Source: Waterburya sp.
GTDB lineage: Bacteria; Cyanobacteriota; Cyanobacteriia; Cyanobacteriales; Xenococcaceae
DNA length: 64,000 bases
Assembly: GCA_051658085.1 (NCBI GenBank)
Contig: JBOFLX010000030.1
Coordinates: forward strand, 32,952 to 96,951
Reading direction: 5' to 3'
A program made the translations under genes and the position numbers. The notes beneath the pieces were generated by a model that was not told the origin of the DNA, did not search any database, and saw only the letters and a program-made list of their open reading frames with translations. Shown here piece by piece: positions 60,961-64,000 of this stretch (position 1 is the first letter of the stretch; each line of letters starts with the position of its first letter).

Positions 60961-62329
60961 TAAACATTTTTTTAAACTGTTCTAGCTTCTCTTTATAAGG
61001 TGCATATCGCCAATTGAGGTCAAATAAAAAAGATTTGCTTAAAACGCTTTTGTGATGGGAGAAAGTATTAAAACTAGCGACTCCATGATAACTACCAATT
61101 CCACTATCGCCTACACCTCCAAAAGGTAATTCGTTAACCCCAACGTGCATAACCGTATCATTAATACAGACACCGCCAGAAGAAGTAGAATGCAAAAGTT
61201 GTTGTTGTATGTCTCGATTCCGAGAGAAAATATAAAGGGCTAAAGGTTTGGGACGGCTATTAATTATGGAAATTGCTTCTTCTAAATTTTCATAGGCGAT
61301 AACTGGTAGGATAGGGCCAAATATTTCTGATTGCATAATTGGTGCATCTAAAGAAACACCATCAATGATGGTAGGAGCAATATACCGATCGCTACTATTA
61401 GTTTCACCACCAAGTACAATATTTTCGTTTGGCAATAACTTGGTTAGGCGATCAAATTGATTTTGATTGATAATTCTAGCGTAATCTGGACTATCGGCTG
61501 GATTATCTCCATAAAAATGGTGTATGCATTTTTTAATTTCCGCGAGCAAATCCGATTTAATTTTTGTATTTACCAACAAGTAGTCTGGTGCAATGCAAAT
61601 CTGTCCAGCATTGATAAATTTCCCCCAGGTAATCCTTTTAGCTGCTTCGGTGAGATTAAGATCGACATCAACAAGACAAGGACTTTTACCGCCTAGTTCT
61701 AAAGTAACGGGCGTCAAGTGTTTAGCAGCAGCTTCCATAATAATTTTGCCAACTCTTGTTCCACCTGTAAAGAAAATATGGTCAAATTTTTCTGCCAGTA
61801 GCTGTTGAGAAGTTTCTATTCCTCCCTCTACTACGGCAATGTATTCAGGTTCAAAAGTTGCTTCAATTATTTCTGCTAATACTTTAGACGTATGAGGGGC
61901 TATTTCTGAAGGTTTCAAGACAGCACAATTTCCCGCAGCGATCGCTCCAATTAAAGGAGAAATCATCAAAGAAAAAGGATAATTCCAAGGCCCAATAATT
62001 AATACTATCCCCAAAGGTTCGGGATAAATACGAGCAAAGGCTGGAAACTGAGTTAAAGGGGTTTTAACTTTTTTGGGTTTGACCCAAGATGTCAGATTCT
62101 TAAGAGCGTAATCAATATCTTGAGTAACTGCTAATTCAAAATAACCTTCAAATTCTGGTTTATGAAGGTCGGCATAAAGAGCATCGAGAATATCACTACT
62201 ACGTTGCTTAATCGACGTTTTAAGTTTCTGTAATTGTTCGTAACGAAAATTTATTTCTTTGGTTTTACCAGTAGCAAAAAACTTTCTTTGACTAGAGATA
62301 ACTTGTTGAACGAGTGTAGTGGTTAACAT
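60953..62329 (-). CDS. NAD(P)-dependent aldehyde dehydrogenase (ALDH3-like)
   Basis: 458 aa; catalytic LELGGKSP and CIAPDY (Cys nucleophile) motifs. Confidence 0.8.
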   Translation of the reverse strand: MLTTTLVQQVISSQRKFFATGKTKEINFRYEQLQKLKTSIKQRSSDILDALYADLHKPEFEGYFELAVTQDIDYALKNLTSWVKPKKVKTPLTQFPAFARIYPEPLGIVLIIGPWNYPFSLMISPLIGAIAAGNCAVLKPSEIAPHTSKVLAEIIEATFEPEYIAVVEGGIETSQQLLAEKFDHIFFTGGTRVGKIIMEAAAKHLTPVTLELGGKSPCLVDVDLNLTEAAKRITWGKFINAGQICIAPDYLLVNTKIKSDLLAEIKKCIHHFYGDNPADSPDYARIINQNQFDRLTKLLPNENIVLGGETNSSDRYIAPTIIDGVSLDAPIMQSEIFGPILPVIAYENLEEAISIINSRPKPLALYIFSRNRDIQQQLLHSTSSGGVCINDTVMHVGVNELPFGGVGDSGIGSYHGVASFNTFSHHKSVLSKSFLFDLNWRYAPYKEKLEQFKKMFTS

Positions 62330-62555
62330 AATATTGATTTTTTTAGTAGCTTTACTTATGTTTTAAGATAAAACAAACGCCAAAGAATTGAAAATTTAAA
62401 GGCTTGCTATTGAAGCGTTATCTCCACTCGATGTCACTGCTGGAAGATTGTCTTGGCTACGGTTTATTACTATTTAATAGCTACTCCTTACAATAGAATT
62501 AACATTTTGTTGTGTTGAGGGAGCACAAAAAAAACGAACTCAACTATGAGAAAAG

Positions 62556-62939
62556 CTATTGATTTCGTTCGATTAAAGTGTCTACTTTGTTCTCGATTGC
62601 GAAGCTAGCCGAAGGCATCGCCATTAATCTTCGTAAAATCGTAGGTCGATCTTCATCTAAAGCAATAAGCAGTCTCGCTAAACCTGCACTTGTTTGTGCT
62701 AAATCCCTTTGTGTTTCTTCAAGTAGCCTGATTCTCTCTTCATGGTCGTTGGCGATCGCCTGTGCTGAACGTGCTAGAGATTCTACGACAGCATCAGAAG
62801 TAGAGAAATAATTAACTATGGAGACTGTGCGGTACATCCGTCTGGCATATATAGCGATCGCTTTTGAGATCAACTTCAAAACAAATCTGCATAAAAAAAT
62901 AGACCAGTCGTAATTAGTAAATGTAAGCAAAACACACAC
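62556..62939 (-). CDS. hypothetical protein
   Basis: 127 aa ORF; likely shorter (internal Met MYRTVS). Confidence 0.3.
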   Translation of the reverse strand: MCVLLTFTNYDWSIFLCRFVLKLISKAIAIYARRMYRTVSIVNYFSTSDAVVESLARSAQAIANDHEERIRLLEETQRDLAQTSAGLARLLIALDEDRPTILRRLMAMPSASFAIENKVDTLIERNQ

Positions 62940-62971
62940 TAAATCTTATTTTTACCAGATCGAGGTCTAAA

Positions 62972-63316
62972 ATGAAAAAATCTACATTAGCTATTCTAAC
63001 TACAGTTATCGCTTTCTCTCCTTTAACTGCTTTCGCTCAAGACGCACAAACCAGCATTCAATCCAACACTAACTCGGCTGCTGCTGTTGGTACTGGTAAC
63101 TTTATTAACCAAAGTACTCATCAAAATAGCGTTCAAAACCAACTAGACTTGGGTGCTTATGGAGTTCCTTCTACTCCCGATGCTCAAACAAGTGTTCAAG
63201 TAAATGCTAACGAAGCTGCTGCAATTGGTACTGGTAACTACATTGATCAAAATGCAGTTCAAAATAGCACTCAAGGTCAAGTTGATATAAATCAGTATCT
63301 TCCTCACGGTTACTAA
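62972..63316 (+). CDS. secreted protein with two ~45-aa internal repeats
   Basis: 114 aa; signal peptide; duplicated DAQTS(I/V)Q.N.N.AAA(V/I)GTGN(F/Y)I(N/D)Q. Confidence 0.5.
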   Translation: MKKSTLAILTTVIAFSPLTAFAQDAQTSIQSNTNSAAAVGTGNFINQSTHQNSVQNQLDLGAYGVPSTPDAQTSVQVNANEAAAIGTGNYIDQNAVQNSTQGQVDINQYLPHGY

Positions 63317-63351
63317 TACCAAAACAATCATTGTTTTCTAGCCAATTCAAT

Positions 63352-63390
63352 AAAGCCCTGGTTGATGTCAGCCAGGGCTTTATCTTTTTT
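63352..63390 (+). terminator. rho-independent terminator
   Basis: aaagccctgg-ttgatgtcag-ccagggcttt perfect 10-bp stem followed by atcTTTTTT. Confidence 0.65.
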
Positions 63391-63722
63391 GTCAGCTTTT
63401 ATATCAGAAGTAATAAATTAGCTAGATAAAAGAAAGTGATGAAGTAAAAGTTTCAACTGTCGAACTTTCAGATGAGAAGCCTATATAGTAAGTTCCTGCT
63501 GTTAGATTTTTCTCTAAAACACTACTTTCTGAATCATTTGAATTAATTACTACTGAACCTTGATAATTAATTATTTGGGCGATCGCGTAAGCATACGCAA
63601 CTGGGTAATCGCTCCCGTTGTATTCAAACGAATGTTGTGATTTGATATCAGTAATTCAAGAAGATATTGTAAAGTAAAATTCATTGTCTTTTATTTTTAA
63701 AAGATTTTTATTAATTAATAAA

Positions 63723-64000
63723 ATGTCGTCTAAAAAAATCACTAAAATTCTGGAATTAAGTCTGATTATATTGCTGATAGCTGGTACTATCTGGTTTGTC
63801 AATTGGGTTGGCGTTGATCAGATTCGCAATAATATTGCTCGATTTGGGATCTGGGCACCACTGATAATTTTGTTGCTAAGATTGTCTAGTATTATCATAC
63901 CTGTTTTGCCTGGAACTGCTTATGCGATACTAGCAGGTGCATTGTTTGGCTTTGGTAAAGGTTTGCTCGTAATTGCGATCGCAGATATTCTTGCTTGTAC
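63723..64000 (+). CDS. TVP38/TMEM64 (DedA-related) family membrane protein, truncated by window end
   Basis: partial ORF; PVLPGTAYAILAGALFGFGKG signature. Confidence 0.55.
   Translation, partial: MSSKKITKILELSLIILLIAGTIWFVNWVGVDQIRNNIARFGIWAPLIILLLRLSSIIIPVLPGTAYAILAGALFGFGKGLLVIAIADILAC

Overview
This looks like a cyanobacterial chromosomal segment. HIP1 octamers (GCGATCGC) are frequent, STRR-like heptamer arrays fill many intergenic gaps, ndhA/I/G/E and ndhL are present, and GC is roughly 38-40 percent. Housekeeping blocks include ndhL-DUF3007-trpA, clpB, menB, rlmN, an NAD-salvage operon (pncB-nadD-nrtR), bioB, ndhAIGE, mazG, an NDH-2, two plsC-type acyltransferases, a GAF-GAF adenylate cyclase, an AI-2E transporter and an aldehyde dehydrogenase. 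Three accessory stretches alternate with them. (1) At 14.9-22.6 kb there is a divergent pair of haemagglutination-activity-domain (two-partner-secretion, TpsA-like) exoprotein genes with DUF4278 and DUF928 neighbours, but no TpsB transporter or CHAT gene in the window. (2) At 23.6-29.6 kb there is a low-GC island with two AAA_35-family NTPase genes, one fused to TM plus CHASE2 and one with an N-terminal HTH-like domain. They bracket a very AT-rich Cys-rich gene. The island is interrupted by copies of a roughly 150-bp MITE-like element that occurs at least four times in the window, plus one solo terminal fragment. (3) At 33.2-35.4 kb there is a decayed mobile-element patch: two tandem aberrant tRNA-like genes, a retron-type reverse-transcriptase pseudogene, an Rpn/DUF4351 transposase remnant and flanking direct repeats. 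The AAA_35/CHASE2 island and the orphan TPS-exoprotein cluster are the best candidates for an undescribed system. All calls rest on reading the translated ORFs and the DNA by eye; no database search was run.
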